NCBI GenBank assembly: GCA_965209085.1
Contig: OZ242376.1
Span: 1,088,001 to 1,152,000 of the forward strand
Origin: Nitrosopumilaceae archaeon
Lineage (GTDB): Archaea; Thermoproteota; Nitrososphaeria; Nitrososphaerales; Nitrosopumilaceae
Direction: 5' to 3'
DNA: 64,000 bases
The number at the start of each line of letters is the position of its first letter. The stretch's first letter is position 1. The notes beneath the pieces were generated by a model that did no database searches, was not told where the DNA came from, and saw only the letters and a list, made by a program, of their open reading frames with translations. Shown here in pieces: positions 39,267-52,800 of the stretch. The position numbers and the translations under genes were made by a program.

Positions 39267-40049
39267 TCATGTCACCGTCCATTTTGAAAGTGATTTTTGA
39301 CACAAGCGTGTAATATGCGATATAGACGAATCATCAATCATGCACATATTTTGTACGTTACGTATTGGAGCAGGATTACCTGTAAGATCTCCAGTATGCA
39401 GATGATCCAGGATTGATTTTATCATCATATCATCATGTCCGCTTCCAAACATCTCTATTTTCAGCATCAGGGTCCAATCCTCCAGACGGGCATACACGGT
39501 AGATATTACCAAGTCTGGACCATACAGGTCATCTTCGCAAACATGACCAAATCCAGACTGCCTGTTGGCAATTGCACACTGCCTAATACGGTCTATCCCA
39601 TACTCATCAGATAGGATTCCCAAAGGTGCCATAACTGAAACAAAGGCAGTGTTTTCTCCACGGTACAAAATCTTTAGAAATTCCAGACAATATTTTGGTT
39701 TGGAGAATACATCTTGTATTTTGGCCATTCTAGAACGAATAGACCCATCTATAATCAGGAGATCTGCGGCAGATGAATTCCGGCACAACTGCGATTCAGT
39801 ATTCATGGCCCACATCAATGCGTTATATGATGGAATATTCCTCATGCCACATTCAGAGTGCCCTTCCCGTATGCTGCATGATGCATTGGCAGATGCAGCA
39901 GTTCCAACCCATAAATCCAACTGTCCATATTGGAAAAATCGTATATTGCTTCCAACTGCAACAACCTCTGATTCAATTTTTTGTGGTTCATGTGCGGTCC
40001 ATTTTCTTACCCCTATTACTGTCGATCTGTCTTTTAATTCATCATACAA
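39267..40049 (-). CDS. NurA-like (RNase H fold) protein, degenerate active site
   Basis: LLIIDGSI retained; VAVGSN in place of A(I/V)DGS; GNPAPIRNVQ in place of GYP..L..AH. Confidence 0.55.
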   Translation of the reverse strand: MYDELKDRSTVIGVRKWTAHEPQKIESEVVAVGSNIRFFQYGQLDLWVGTAASANASCSIREGHSECGMRNIPSYNALMWAMNTESQLCRNSSAADLLIIDGSIRSRMAKIQDVFSKPKYCLEFLKILYRGENTAFVSVMAPLGILSDEYGIDRIRQCAIANRQSGFGHVCEDDLYGPDLVISTVYARLEDWTLMLKIEMFGSGHDDMMIKSILDHLHTGDLTGNPAPIRNVQNMCMIDDSSISHITRLCQKSLSKWTVT

Positions 40050-40118
40050 TATGTAATGTATAGATTACATTATTAATATAAGTTTATCTTTTTATGGGTT
40101 AGACACGTAAATGAAAAT

Positions 40119-40322
40119 ATGGAAATAATCAATTCCGAAGATGTGATGGTGTTTAAAATAAAAACAATAGCGTTGATTTTAATTCTAATCGTCATAATTG
40201 CAATAGCTGTCAAATTGCTCGGACGTAGATTTTTAATTGTTATAGGTGTTGTTTCTGTCATGTTTTTTTTATTAATTATGCACGGGATCTATAGTTTGAT
40301 ATCCGTGCTGGTATCAATATAA
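40119..40322 (+). CDS. Small hydrophobic membrane protein
   Basis: Two hydrophobic segments separated by KLLGRR. Confidence 0.45.
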   Translation: MEIINSEDVMVFKIKTIALILILIVIIAIAVKLLGRRFLIVIGVVSVMFFLLIMHGIYSLISVLVSI

Positions 40323-40458
40323 GAAAAAAAGAGATGTAGGGGCTTTGAAGGTGCCCCAATAACCCTCATCGTTGTTTACAAAGGCACGGATCTTATTCTG
40401 ATCGCATATTTCTGCCAAAATCATGCGACATGTACAGGGTTCTGCTATTTACAAAAGG

Positions 40459-40533
40459 CGGGCCCGAAGGGCTTCGATCCCTCGACCTAACACTCCGCAA
40501 GCGTTCGCACTATCCATGCTATGCAACGAGCCC
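40459..40533 (-). tRNA. tRNA-Arg (anticodon GCG)
   Basis: rc = GGGCTCG TT GCAT AGCATGGATAG TGC G AACGC TTGCGGA GTGTT AGGTC GAGGG ATCGAAG CCCTT CGGGCCC G; canonical cloverleaf, no intron. Confidence 0.92.
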
Positions 40534-40629
40534 ATGGTTGCGGAGATTTGCCCCTTAATGTTGATTGCGCGTCATCAAATCAGATCGCAGACATGGAAAT
40601 AGAATATTAAAGAATTAAAATTGGATATT

Positions 40630-40685
40630 CTCAGATCGAGTATCTTCCAAAAGCGTTACCGCCGTATAATTGTGTCAAACACCAT
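40630..40685 (+). pseudogene. Tiny IS630 transposase remnant
   Basis: Encodes IEYLPKALPPYNC, similar to IEYLPKASPQHN of the 3084-4198 element. Confidence 0.45.
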
Positions 40686-40851
40686 GTACACCAATATCAA
40701 TCTGCTACAACGTTGCAAAACACCAAACGTCAAATATGTATATACTTGAAGAGTACAGATTTACGGTAAGCGTTCAAGATAGATGCGTAATAAAATACGA
40801 TTTAGTATCAGATATAAAAAAAACTTGATTGTGAAAAAGCAGGTACTATCT

Positions 40852-43800
40852 TTAACCACGTTTAAAGACGTTCCGGTCTATCTCTCTTTCTGCGGTATTG
40901 CCAGAAAAGTCCTGTATGTTTGAGAGGAGGGTGATCTGGACTACTGTAGAAGTGAACTGGTTTATGGATATTAACACAGTATTTGAGCCGATCTTTGTAA
41001 CGTCCTGGATCTCTATTCCTATTATTGCATAGTTTATCGCATTATCAGATGGCGCAGTTATCGGTTCGCTAAACGTGAGGATTATTTCAGTTGTGGTTGT
41101 TGAAATGGCAGATACTAGTACAGGAGGTGCCAAATCCTGCGTACTAGTGCGAGTTAGATTTACACTATCACCAAGAATGTTAAGAATATCGCCGGATTGT
41201 TCTATAAATGGGGTTGTGCCGGTTCCAAATGGAGATGTCATTGTGAGTGTAACTGTAGTGTCGTCATTTGAGAGTGCAATCGAATCGATGGTTGCATCCA
41301 CGATCAAACCATATGATACTGTATAATCAGAAATGTCCAATGTTGCAGGATTTATGGTCATATTATACTGTATGACTATTGTCCTATCGTTGGAAATGTA
41401 CTGACCCATAGAGTGAGTATTGTTTGTCAAAATAGAGCTAGCTGTAAAGATGTTTCCGCTTGTATCTTCGATATTGGAGCTATATTCTGTAATACTAATA
41501 TTCAATACCGCATCAGGAAACGACGTTAGGAATGGGGATATGCTCAGGGTGTTTCCAGAGATGCTACTAGAGATGAAGGTTAAGGATCCGTCGATATCAA
41601 GTAATTGGAGAGGTGCTGTTCCGGGTATAAATTGAACATTCTCGTCAAAATACACCTCTATTAGATTAGAGGATACTACAGTGGCGCTTTTCATCGACGG
41701 TTTTATTCCATCAGATACGGTAATGGTTGTAAATGATAGACTGTTTCCTGCAAGATCTGTAAGCTCGCCAAAGTTTGAAGAGATGTCAAATTGGATCTCT
41801 GGCTGAGAATTTGATTCAAACGGGGTTGAAGGAGTAATTGTAATTTCAAGTATACTCTTTGGTATTGCAGACCCGTCTTTTACGTTAAATGATGTCAGGG
41901 AATATCCCGTAATTTTCAGAACAAAGTCTATATCCGCAGTAATTGCAATGGATTCATCAAATGCGACAGAAACCAGATACGGGGTGAGGGTTGTAGACGA
42001 GTTTATGGTAGGAGCTTTTGTATCCACCACGACGTTTGTAGAGGTAATCGCATCCTGGTTTATGGTTGATGGGATACCGTTTTTGTCCAGTATGATTGCA
42101 AACGTGGTGTTGCCGTTTGTATCGCCGCTTTGCACGGTAATGTTTGCATAAATTGTATTACCGGTTATTAAAGTGGCATCAGCACTCCTTCCAAGTATTG
42201 TTGCGCTTGTGAGAGTAGATCCGATGTATAGATCAGAGGTAATTTTAACGGTTATCAGATCTCCAGATTTTGCCAGATTGCTGCTGTATGCGCTGTCGCT
42301 GAATACATTCACGATAATTCCGGATACGGTAATGGTGCGTGTTGCATTATTTGGCACGTTTCCAGCATTATCTGCTGGTGCAGTATACGTTATGGTATTC
42401 TCTCCTATGATTGAGACGTTTAGGTTTGAAACGTTTGATGAGACAGTTCCAGTATACAGGAGATCATTGTCTGCAACGGTTGCGTTATAGTCAGTATAAT
42501 TTTGATTGATGGGTATCGTATAATTTAGCGGACCGGACAGGGTTATGAGCGGCTTTTCAGTATCAATGATAATGTTTGCTGAATCCAAATCAGAGGCGTT
42601 TACTGTAAGTGTAGGGCTTGAGATAAAGTATACTGTAATGTTAAATGCTACAGGTCCGTCTTGGCCATCCTGTACAGTATAGTTTGCATACAGGGTGTTG
42701 TTTTGTATGGTATTAATTGTAGTAATGTTTGCGATTTCAACTGTAACGTGTGAGATAATCTCGTTTGCAGTCAGGGTTATTGTTACAAGATCGCCTGCTT
42801 TTGCGTATGCAGGATTGCCGTTATTGCTAGTTATGTTAAGCGAGTCTAACATGGATGGAGTAGTGTCTGATACTGTAACGATGCGCGTTATGATTGGACC
42901 CAAGTTTCCTGCCGGATCATCAGGTGCCTTGTAGGATATCTTGTATGTATCCTGTGTGAACGTGTCCACAACAGTATCGCCGGTAATTGTCATATCACTT
43001 GCATACGAGGTATCAGTTGCAGTGGCACCTGGATCCGTATATGTCTGACCATACTCAGCATTGGTGTTGTTTGCGCCATTGAGGGTTATGTTTGGAGGTA
43101 TGGTATCTATGATAAGGTTCTCACCTGTAAGATCATTTTGTGTTACATGGATTACATTATTTGTGGAATTTTCCACGCGGATGCTAAATGTGAGGTTGCC
43201 GTTTGTATCACTTTGGGTTACAATCTTTGTTAATGATATGCTGCCGCCTGATGCAGATGCTGTAAAGTTGCCATCTTGTATGTTACCTGTTGCGTTTCCA
43301 ATATCAGATCCGTCAGTTACAAGCGTGATTGTTATCACATCGCCGGACTTTGCATAACTAGAGTTTGAATTGTCACTGTTCACGATCAGTGATGTGAAGA
43401 TAATTGGATCAAAATCGACCACCGTTACTGTACGGTTGATGCTATCTCCGAGATTTCCTGCATTATCATCATCTGCCTTGTACGTGTAAACAAAAACAGC
43501 GCCAAGTATGCTGGTATTAAGTGGGGGGTTTACTTGGACGGTGTAATTGTCCGAATAGTTTGGATCACCGTCTCTTGCAGTGGCACCTAGATCAGTATAT
43601 GCGCTGTCTAAAACTATGGTTGTGTTTGCAGGCCCTATCAGGGTTATGTTTGGAGGTATGGTATCGACAAATACGTTGGAACCGGTTAGATTGTTTTCTG
43701 TTACCGTAGTAGATACGCCATTAGAGTTTACAACTGTGATTACAAAAGTGATATTTTGTTCAAGGTTGGAAGAGGATGGAACTGTGTTTGCTATACTCAG

Positions 43801-46800
43801 ACTATTGTTGGAGATATATTGTGCAGATTTAGATATTTCAAATACGGTTGCCGTGGCTGCCGAGGCAGAGATGGTATCGTTTGCGGTTATCACTATGTCA
43901 AATGCATCTCCTGCTTTGAGATATCGATGAGAGGGTGTTGCAATATCAATGGTCAGTTGGGTAATCTCAAGTTTTGGTAAAGATTTCACTATAACCGTAC
44001 GCGTTATGGTAGGACCTGGATTGCCTGCATAATCATCAGGTGCAGTATAGGTGAGCGTATAGTTTCCCACACTAGTTGTGGTCACAGATCCTGTTGGCAG
44101 GATGGTTTTATTGCCGTATGAGAGATCATAGGCTGTTGCATTTTTATCCGCATACGTACGATTCAGTATTGATATGGTGTTGTTTGCATCGTTGAGTGTT
44201 ATGTTTGGCGCCGTTGTATCTATGATGATATTCTCACTAGTCAGGTCATCTTGTGTAACTCTGATTGCATAATCGCTGGAATTTGTCACATATATGTCAA
44301 ATGTGAGGTTGCCGTTTGTATCATCATTTGTAATGGTTTTCTCGAAGAGTGTGTTGCCGCCAAATGAATTTGACGTAAAGTTGCCTCCAAGTATGTTACC
44401 TGTTGCTCCTCCAATATCGGAACCGTCAGTTCGAAGCGTGATTCTTATCACATCGCCAGCCTTTGCATAATTGCCGCTGGCGTTTGAATTATCACTTGAT
44501 ACAGTCAGGGATGTAATGTTAATTGGATCATAGTCTATTACGCTTACTGTACGGTTGATGCTAGCTCCCAAGTTTCCTGCCGCATCAGCATCGGCTGTGT
44601 ATGTATATGTGACAGTATCTCCAATATTACTTGTATTAAGCGGGCCAAATGTTACAGTATAATTTGATACAGAATAACCTGGACTCTCATCTAGTGCCTT
44701 GGCACCTGGAATGGTTGGGTTTTGTGTGCCTACAAATACTGTATACTGTGCTGGTCCAATCAACTCTATTCCCGGAGGTATTGTATCAACAAACACGTTT
44801 TGGCCTATAATATCATCTTGTGTCAGATTGAGCGTTACTTTGAGAGAGTTTTCAAGTGAAACAGTATAGTTTGCATATCCTTGTATGCTTGCAGTTGGAA
44901 TTGTAATTGATGCGTTTATCGTGTTTAACCCAAAGGTTGTAGTGGCAGATACTGACGGGTTTACAAATTGCACCGCATATGAGAATATGGTATCGTTTAC
45001 GGCAAGTTGCATGGAAATTGTATCTCCGGCTTTGGCGTACATGTCATTGGCGTTGTTGCTAGCAATTGAAAATGCCGACGGTATTGATTCTATCGCATGT
45101 TCAAGTTTTATGATTTGCACGCCATCACTTGTACGTGAGGTTACAACAGCGTATGCATCGCCGTTTATCGTTACAGTTTCAATAGCATATGGATCGGCAA
45201 GATATGATGTATCCGTATTTGATCCTATGGCAGATACTGGTTGCGGCAATTGGGGATTTGTAATATCGATGATTTGTACTGCATTGGCAGGTTTGGATGG
45301 TGCAAGGGCATATGTTGAATTTTCCACCCGTATGGTTGCAATATCCTGCGCTGAGACAAGTGCCGGATATTCGTTTTCGTTTTGTACAGCTGAGACTGGG
45401 AATGGCAACTCCATATGCGTAATATCTATGATTTGCACTCCATTATCATCGCCTGTTGCCAGGGCGTATATGCGGCCATTTTGGTGGAGAATCTCAATTG
45501 CAACAACATTGGATAGCTCCAAATCCACACCATTACTATCACTTATGACATGCACCTGGACCGGGGATGCCGGATTGCTAATGTTGATTATTGCAATATT
45601 ATTTCCATTACGTGACGCAGCTAGGACATACGTTGAGCCATCAATGTTTACTGTTGTAACGTATTGTACGCCATTTAATGCATAGTCTGTGCCGTTTTTC
45701 ATGACTCCCACGTGTATGGGGGATGCAGGATTTGTAATATCTAAAATTGCAACCCAGTTGTTTGGAGACGAGGGTACCAAGGCATATGCGTTGTTATCTA
45801 TATGGACTGTGGAGACTGAATACGGTACATCAAGGAACGGGTAATTTGTGCCTTTTACAATGCTAGATGTTACAATAGGTGAGGCAGGGTTTGTAATATC
45901 CATCATTGTAACACTGTTGGAAAACAATGATGCTGTCACTGCATACGTTTTAGATTGTATTTGGATTACAGATATGCCAATTACGCCATTTAGGTTTTCA
46001 TAGTTTGCAGTGCTCGTATTTGCGCTAAATACCAGACTAGGTGATTGCGGGTCACTAATGTCCAAGATTGTAATGCTACTACCGCCATAACCTATTGCCA
46101 GTGCGTATGTAGTGCCGCCTATTTGGGCAATTTCAAGATTGCGCGGATCCTCTAGATGCGGATATGCTGCAGATTTTGTTACATTTGATGTAGGGGATGC
46201 TAGGAAACTGTATATCTGATTTGTCAGTGAGATCTCTGGCAGTATTTCCACGCTGATATCTCTTGTTATTTGCCTTTGGTTGCCTGCCCAATCCGATACG
46301 GCATATGTTACCACGTATTCGCCGACACTGTTTGCATTAACAGTGTCCGTACCTGATACATCCTGTTTGCCGTATGATGTATCATACGAATATGCTCCAT
46401 CATCTGCGTATGTGGCACCAAGGTGGGATACTGTATTGTTTGCACCATACAGGTATAACAGGGGCGGTATGGTATCTATGATAAGGTTCTCGCCTGTAAG
46501 ATTATCTTGTGTTATACGGATTGCATGGTCTGTGGAATTTGTCACATATATGTCAAATGTGAGGTTGCCGTTTGTATCATCATTTGTAATGGTTTTCTCG
46601 AAGAGTGTGTTGCCGCCAAATGGATTTGACGTAAAGTTGCCTCCAAGTATGCTACCTGTTGCTCCTCCAATATCGGAGCCATCAGTTCGAAGCGTGATTC
46701 TTATCTTATCGCCAGCCTTTGCATAATTGCCGCTGGCGTTTGAATTATCACTTGATACAGTCAGGGATGTAATGTTAATTGGATCAACGACAACCACTGT

Positions 46801-49800
46801 AACTGTACGGGATATGCTATCTCCGAGATTTCCTGCATTATCATCATCTGCCTTGTACGTGTAAACAAAAACAGCGCCAATTATGCTGGTATTAAGTGGG
46901 GGGTTTACTTGGGCGGTGTAATTGCCCGAATAGTTTGGATCACCGTCTCTTGCAGTGGCACCTGGATCAGTATATGCTCGATCTTGAGCTATGGTTGTGT
47001 TTGCAGGCCCTATCAGGGTTATGTTTGGAGGTATTGTATCGACAAATACGTTGGAACCGGTTAGATTGTTTTCTGTTACCGTGGTAGATACGCCATTAGA
47101 GTTTACAACTGTGATTACAAAAGTGATATTTTGTTCAAGGTTGGAAGAGGATGGAACTGTGTTTACTATACGCAGACTATTGTTGGAGATATATTGTGCA
47201 GATTTAGATATTTCAAATACTGTTGCCGTGGCTGCCGAGGCAGCGACGGTATCGTTTACGGTTATCACTATGTCAAATGCATCTCCTGCTTTGATATATC
47301 GATGAGAGGGTGTTGCAATATCAATGGTCAGCTGGGTAATCTCAAGTTTTGGGAAAGATTTCACTATAACCGTACGCGTTATGGTAGAACCGGGATTCCC
47401 TGCATAATCATCAGGTGCAGTATAGGTGAGCGTATAGTTTCCCACACTAGTTGTGGTCACAGATCCTGTTGGCAGGATGGTTTTATTGCCGTATGAGAGA
47501 TCATAGGCTGTTGCATTTTTATCCGCATACGTACGATTCAGTATTGATATGGTGTTGTTTGCACCGTTGAGTGTTATGTTTGGTGCCGTTGTATCTATGA
47601 TGATATTCTCACTAGTCAGGTCATCTTGTGTAACTCTGATTGCATAATCGCTGGAATTTGTCACATATATGTCAAATGTGAGGTTGCCGTTTGTATCATC
47701 ATTTGTAATGGTTTTCTCGAAGAGTGTGTTGCCGCCAAATGGATTTGACGTAAAGTTGCCTCCAAGTATGCTACCTGTCGCTCCTCCAATATCGGAGCCA
47801 TCAGTTCGAAGCGTGATTCTTATCTTATCGCCAGACTTTGCATAATTGCCGCTGGCGTTTGAATTATCACTTGATACAGTCAGGGATGTAATGTTAATTG
47901 GATCAACGACAACCACTGTAACTGTACGGGATATGCTATCTCCGAGATTTCCTGCATTATCATCATCTGCCTTGTACGTGTAAACAAAAACGCCAATTAT
48001 GCTGGTATTAAGTGGGGGGTTTACTTGGGCAGTGTAATTGCCCGAATAGTTTGGATCACCGTCTCTTGCAGTGGCACCTGGATCAGTATATGCACTGTCT
48101 AAAACTATGGTTCTGTTTGCAGGTCCTATCAGGGTTATGTTTGGAGGTATGGTATCGACAAATACGTTGGGACCGGTTAGATTGTTTTCTGTTACCGTGA
48201 TAGATACGCCATTAGAGTTTTTAACTGTGATATTAAAAGTGATATTTTGTTCAAGGTTAGAAGGGGATGGAACTGTGTTTACTATACGCAGCGTGTTGTT
48301 GGATTGAGATTGTACAAGGTTGGATATTTCAAATACGGTTGCCGTGGCTGCCGAGGCAGCGATGGTATCGTTTACGGTTATCACTATGTCAAATGCACCT
48401 CCTGCTTTGAGATATCGATGAGATGGTGTTGCAATATTAATGGTCAGCTGGGTAATCTCAAGTTTTGGGAAAGATTTCACTATAACCGTACGCGTTATGG
48501 TAGGACCGGGATTCCCTGCATAATCATCAGGTGCAGTATAGGTGAGCGTATAGTTTCCCACACTAGTTGTGGTCACAGATCCTGTTGGCAGGATGGTTTT
48601 ATTGCCGTATGAGGTATCATACGAATATGCTCCATCATCTGCGTATGGGACATCAAGGGGAGATGGTGTATTGTTTACACCATACAGGTATAACATGGGC
48701 GGTATGGTATCTATGATGAGGTTCTCACCTGTAAGATTATCTTGTGTTATACGGATTCCATGGTCTGTGGAATTTGTCACACGGATGCTAAATGTGAGCT
48801 CGCCGTTTGTATCATCATTTGTAATGATTTTCTCGAAGAGTATGTTACCGCCAAATGGATTTGACGTAAAGTTGCCTCCAAGTATGCTACCTGTTGCTTC
48901 TCCAATATCGGAGCCATCAGTTCGAAGCGTGATTCTTATCTTATCGCCGGCCTTTGCATAATTGCCGCTGGCGTTTGAATTATCACTTGATACAGTCAGG
49001 GATGTAATGTTAATTGGATCATAGCCTATTACACTTACTGTTCGAGTAAGGCTAATGCCCAAATTTCCTGCCGCATCAGCATTAGCTGTGTACGTATATG
49101 TGGCAGTATCTCCAATATTACTTGTATTAAGCGGGTCTGATGTTACAGTATAATTTGATATTGAATAACCCGGACTGTCATCTAGTGCCTTGGCACCTGG
49201 AATGGTTGGGTTTTGTGCGCCTACAAATACTGTATACTGTGCGGGTCCAATCAACTCTATTCCCGGAGGTATTGTATCAACAAACACGTTTTGGCCTATA
49301 ATATCATCTTGTGTCAGATTGAGCTCTACTCCAAAAGAGTTTTCAAGTGAAACAGTATAGTTTGCATATCCTTGTATGTTCATAACTGGAATTGTAATTG
49401 ATGCGTTTATCGTGTTTAACCCAAAGGTTGTAGTGGCAGATACTGACGGGTTTACAAATTGTACCGTATATGAGAATATGGTATCGTTTACGGCAAGTTG
49501 CATGGAAATTGTATCTCCGGCTTTGGCGTACATGTCATTGGCGTTGTTGCTAGCAATTGAAAATGCCGACGGTATTGATTCTATCGCATGTTCAAGTTTT
49601 ATGATTTGCACGCCATCACTTGTACGTGAGGTTACAACAGCGTATGCATCGCCGTTTATCGTTACAGTTTCAATAGCATATGGATCGGCAAGATATGATG
49701 TATCCGTATTTGATCCTATGGCAGATACTGGTTGCGGCAATTGGGGATTGGTAATATCGATGATTTGTACTGTATTGGTAGAGTCTGATGGTGCAAGGGC

Positions 49801-52800
49801 ATATGTTGAATTTTCCACCCGTATGGTTGCAATATCCCGCGCTAAGACAAGTGCCGGATATCCGTTTTCGTTTTGTACAGCTGAGACTGGGAATGGCAAC
49901 TCCATATGCGTAATGTCTATGATTTGCACTCCATTATCACCGCCTGTTGCCAGGGCGTATATGCGGCCATTTTGGTGGAGAATCTCAATTCTAATAACAT
50001 GATATAGCTCCAAATCATCATTATCATTTATGACTCCCACCTGGACCGGGGATGCCGGATTGCTAATGTTGATTATTGCAATATTATTTCCATTACGTGA
50101 CGCAGCTAGGACATACGTTGAGCCATCAATGTTTACTGTTGTAACGTATTGTACGCCATTTAATGCATAGTCTGTGCCGTTTTTCATGACTCCCACGTGT
50201 ATGGGGGATGCAGGATTTGTAATATCTAAAATTGCAACCCAGTTGTTTGGATACGAGGGTACCAGGGCATATGCGTTGTTATCTATATGGACTGTGGAGA
50301 CTGAATACGGTACATCAAGGAACGGGTAATTTGTGCCTTTTACAATGCTAGATGTTACAATAGGTGAGGCAGGGTTTGTAATATCCATCATTATAACACT
50401 GTTGGAAAACGCTGATGCTGTCACTGCATACGTTTTAGATTGTATTTGGATTACAGATATGCCAAGTACGCCATTTAGTTTTTCATAGTTTGCAGTGCTC
50501 GTATTTGCGCTAAATACCAGACTAGGTGATTGCGGGTCATTAATGTTCAAGATTGTAATGCTATTACCGCCAAAACCTATTGCCAGTGCGTATGTAGTGC
50601 CGCCTATTTGGGCAATTTCAAGATTGCGCGGATCCTTTAGATGCGGATATGCTGCAGATTTTGTTACATTTGATGTAGGGGATGCTAGGAAACTGTATAT
50701 CTGATTTGTCAGTGAAATCTCTGGCAGTATTTCCACGCTGATAGCTCTTGTTATTTGCCTTTGGTTGCCTGCCCAATCCGATACGGCATATGTTATCACA
50801 TATTCTGCAACACTGTTTGTATTAACTGCACCCGTACCTGATACATCCTGTTTGCCGTATGATGTATCATACGAGTATGCTCCATCATCTGCGTATGTGA
50901 CACCAAGGTGGGATACTGTATTGTTTGCACCATATAGGTATAACAGGGGCGGTATGGTATCTATGATAAGGTTCTCGCCTGTAAGATTATCTTGTGTTAT
51001 ACGGATTGCATGGCCTGTGGAATTTGTCACACGGATGCTAAATGTGAGGTTGCCGTTTGTATCATCATTTGTAATGGTTTTCTCGAAGAGTGTGTTGCCG
51101 CCAAATGGATTTGACGTAAAGTTGCCTCCAAGTATGTTACCTGTTGCTACTCCAATATCGGAGCCAACAGTTCGAAGCGTGATTCTTATCTTATCGCCGG
51201 ACTTTGCATAATTGCCGCTGGCGTTTGAATTATCACTTGATACAGTCAGGGATGTAATGTTAATTGGATCATAGTCTATTACACTTACTGTTCGAGTGAT
51301 GCTCATACCTGAGTTTCCTGCCGCATCAGAGTTTGCAGTATATGTATAGATTACAGTAGATCCCACAGTACTAGTATCCAAAGTGCCGCTTACACTTGAA
51401 GTATATTCTGCAACGTATCCAGGACTGCCGTCTGTTGCAACAGCACCCGGGATTGACGGATTTGCAGATCCCACCAGTACTGTCTGATATGATGGGTCAA
51501 CAAGGGATATTCTAGGCCGGATTGTGTCAACAAAAATGTTGCCGCCTGCCGATAGGTCACTTTCTGTTACAAACAAGGTTATACCTGCAGCGTTTGTAAC
51601 CCCCACTGCAAAGGTTGCATACGATTCTATCGGGGCAGATGGTACTGTCAGTGTGGCATGATAGTTTTCACCGTTTATCGTTACAGACGGAGTTGAGCTT
51701 TGTATTTGGCTTGTATGAGAGGAGATTGCATCAGTTATGGTAAAGTCCAAGGTGAGGGTATCACCTGTTTTTACAAATGCCGGATTTGAATTATCTCCAG
51801 TTAAGGTTAAGGTTGTAGGGGCATAGTCCATTTTTATGATTTGGAGTCCCTCTGTGCGCGAGATTACTAGGGCATATGTTAAACCATCAATGATTGCAAT
51901 AGAGATGTCTCTTGGATCATCCAAATTTTCATAACCGCCTGTATTATCAGCAATGGCAGATGCCGGAGAGGGATTGAATGGGTCTGTAATGTCTATTACC
52001 TGGATGCCATCATCAATGGATGCTGCCACTAGGGCAAAAACTGATGTGCCAAGTTTTACAGTGATGATTTTAAATGCGCCATCTAGTTCCGGATATGTTG
52101 CATTGTCTGTGATGTATGATGCAGATTTAGGGAGAAATGCGCTGTTAAGATTTAGGATTTGGACGCCATCATCCAAATAGGATGCCACTAGGGCAAAAGA
52201 TGTGGATCCTATTTTTACAACAGTAATATCAGCTGCGCCGTCTAGCTCGGGATAAGTTGTACTGTCTGAAGCGAATGATACAACAGATGCGCTGGATGGG
52301 TTAGGATTGTTGATGCGTATTATTTGGACACTATCATAATCATAGGCTGCTACTAGGGCAAAATGTGCGTCATTTATTGTTGCAGTAGTAATGCCTTGTG
52401 CGCCAAATACAGTAGCAGCACCGAATGAGGTATGACTAGACGGGGTTGTAATGCGTATGAATTGGACAGCATTACTGGCAGAGGATGCTACTGCAGCATA
52501 AATTTGGCCCCCTATTGTTGTAACTGCAATATCATGCGGGGCATCCAATTTTGGGTAAGATCCATTATTGTTGCTGATTGTTGTAGTAAGAGTAGGTGAT
52601 TCAGGGTCGCTTATGTCGATGATTGAAACAGAGTCACCGTTTGTATCAGATGATACAGCATATGTTGTGGAGCCGTCCTTGTATATGGTCGTATAATTTG
52701 CATTTACAAAAGAGTCATTGCTGTATGTTATGACAGGCAATATGGGATTTGTGATATCTGCAATAATGAGATATCCATCTCCGCTGCCCATCAAAACGTA

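Larger units (their letters stand above)
19686..40470. mobile_element. Integrated genomic (defence) island inserted at the 3' end of tRNA-Arg(GCG)
   Basis: Direct repeat gcgggcccgaagg at 19686-19698 and 40458-40470, the latter being the tRNA 3' end. Tyrosine integrase adjacent to the distal copy; cargo visibly more AT-rich than the flanks. Confidence 0.85.
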
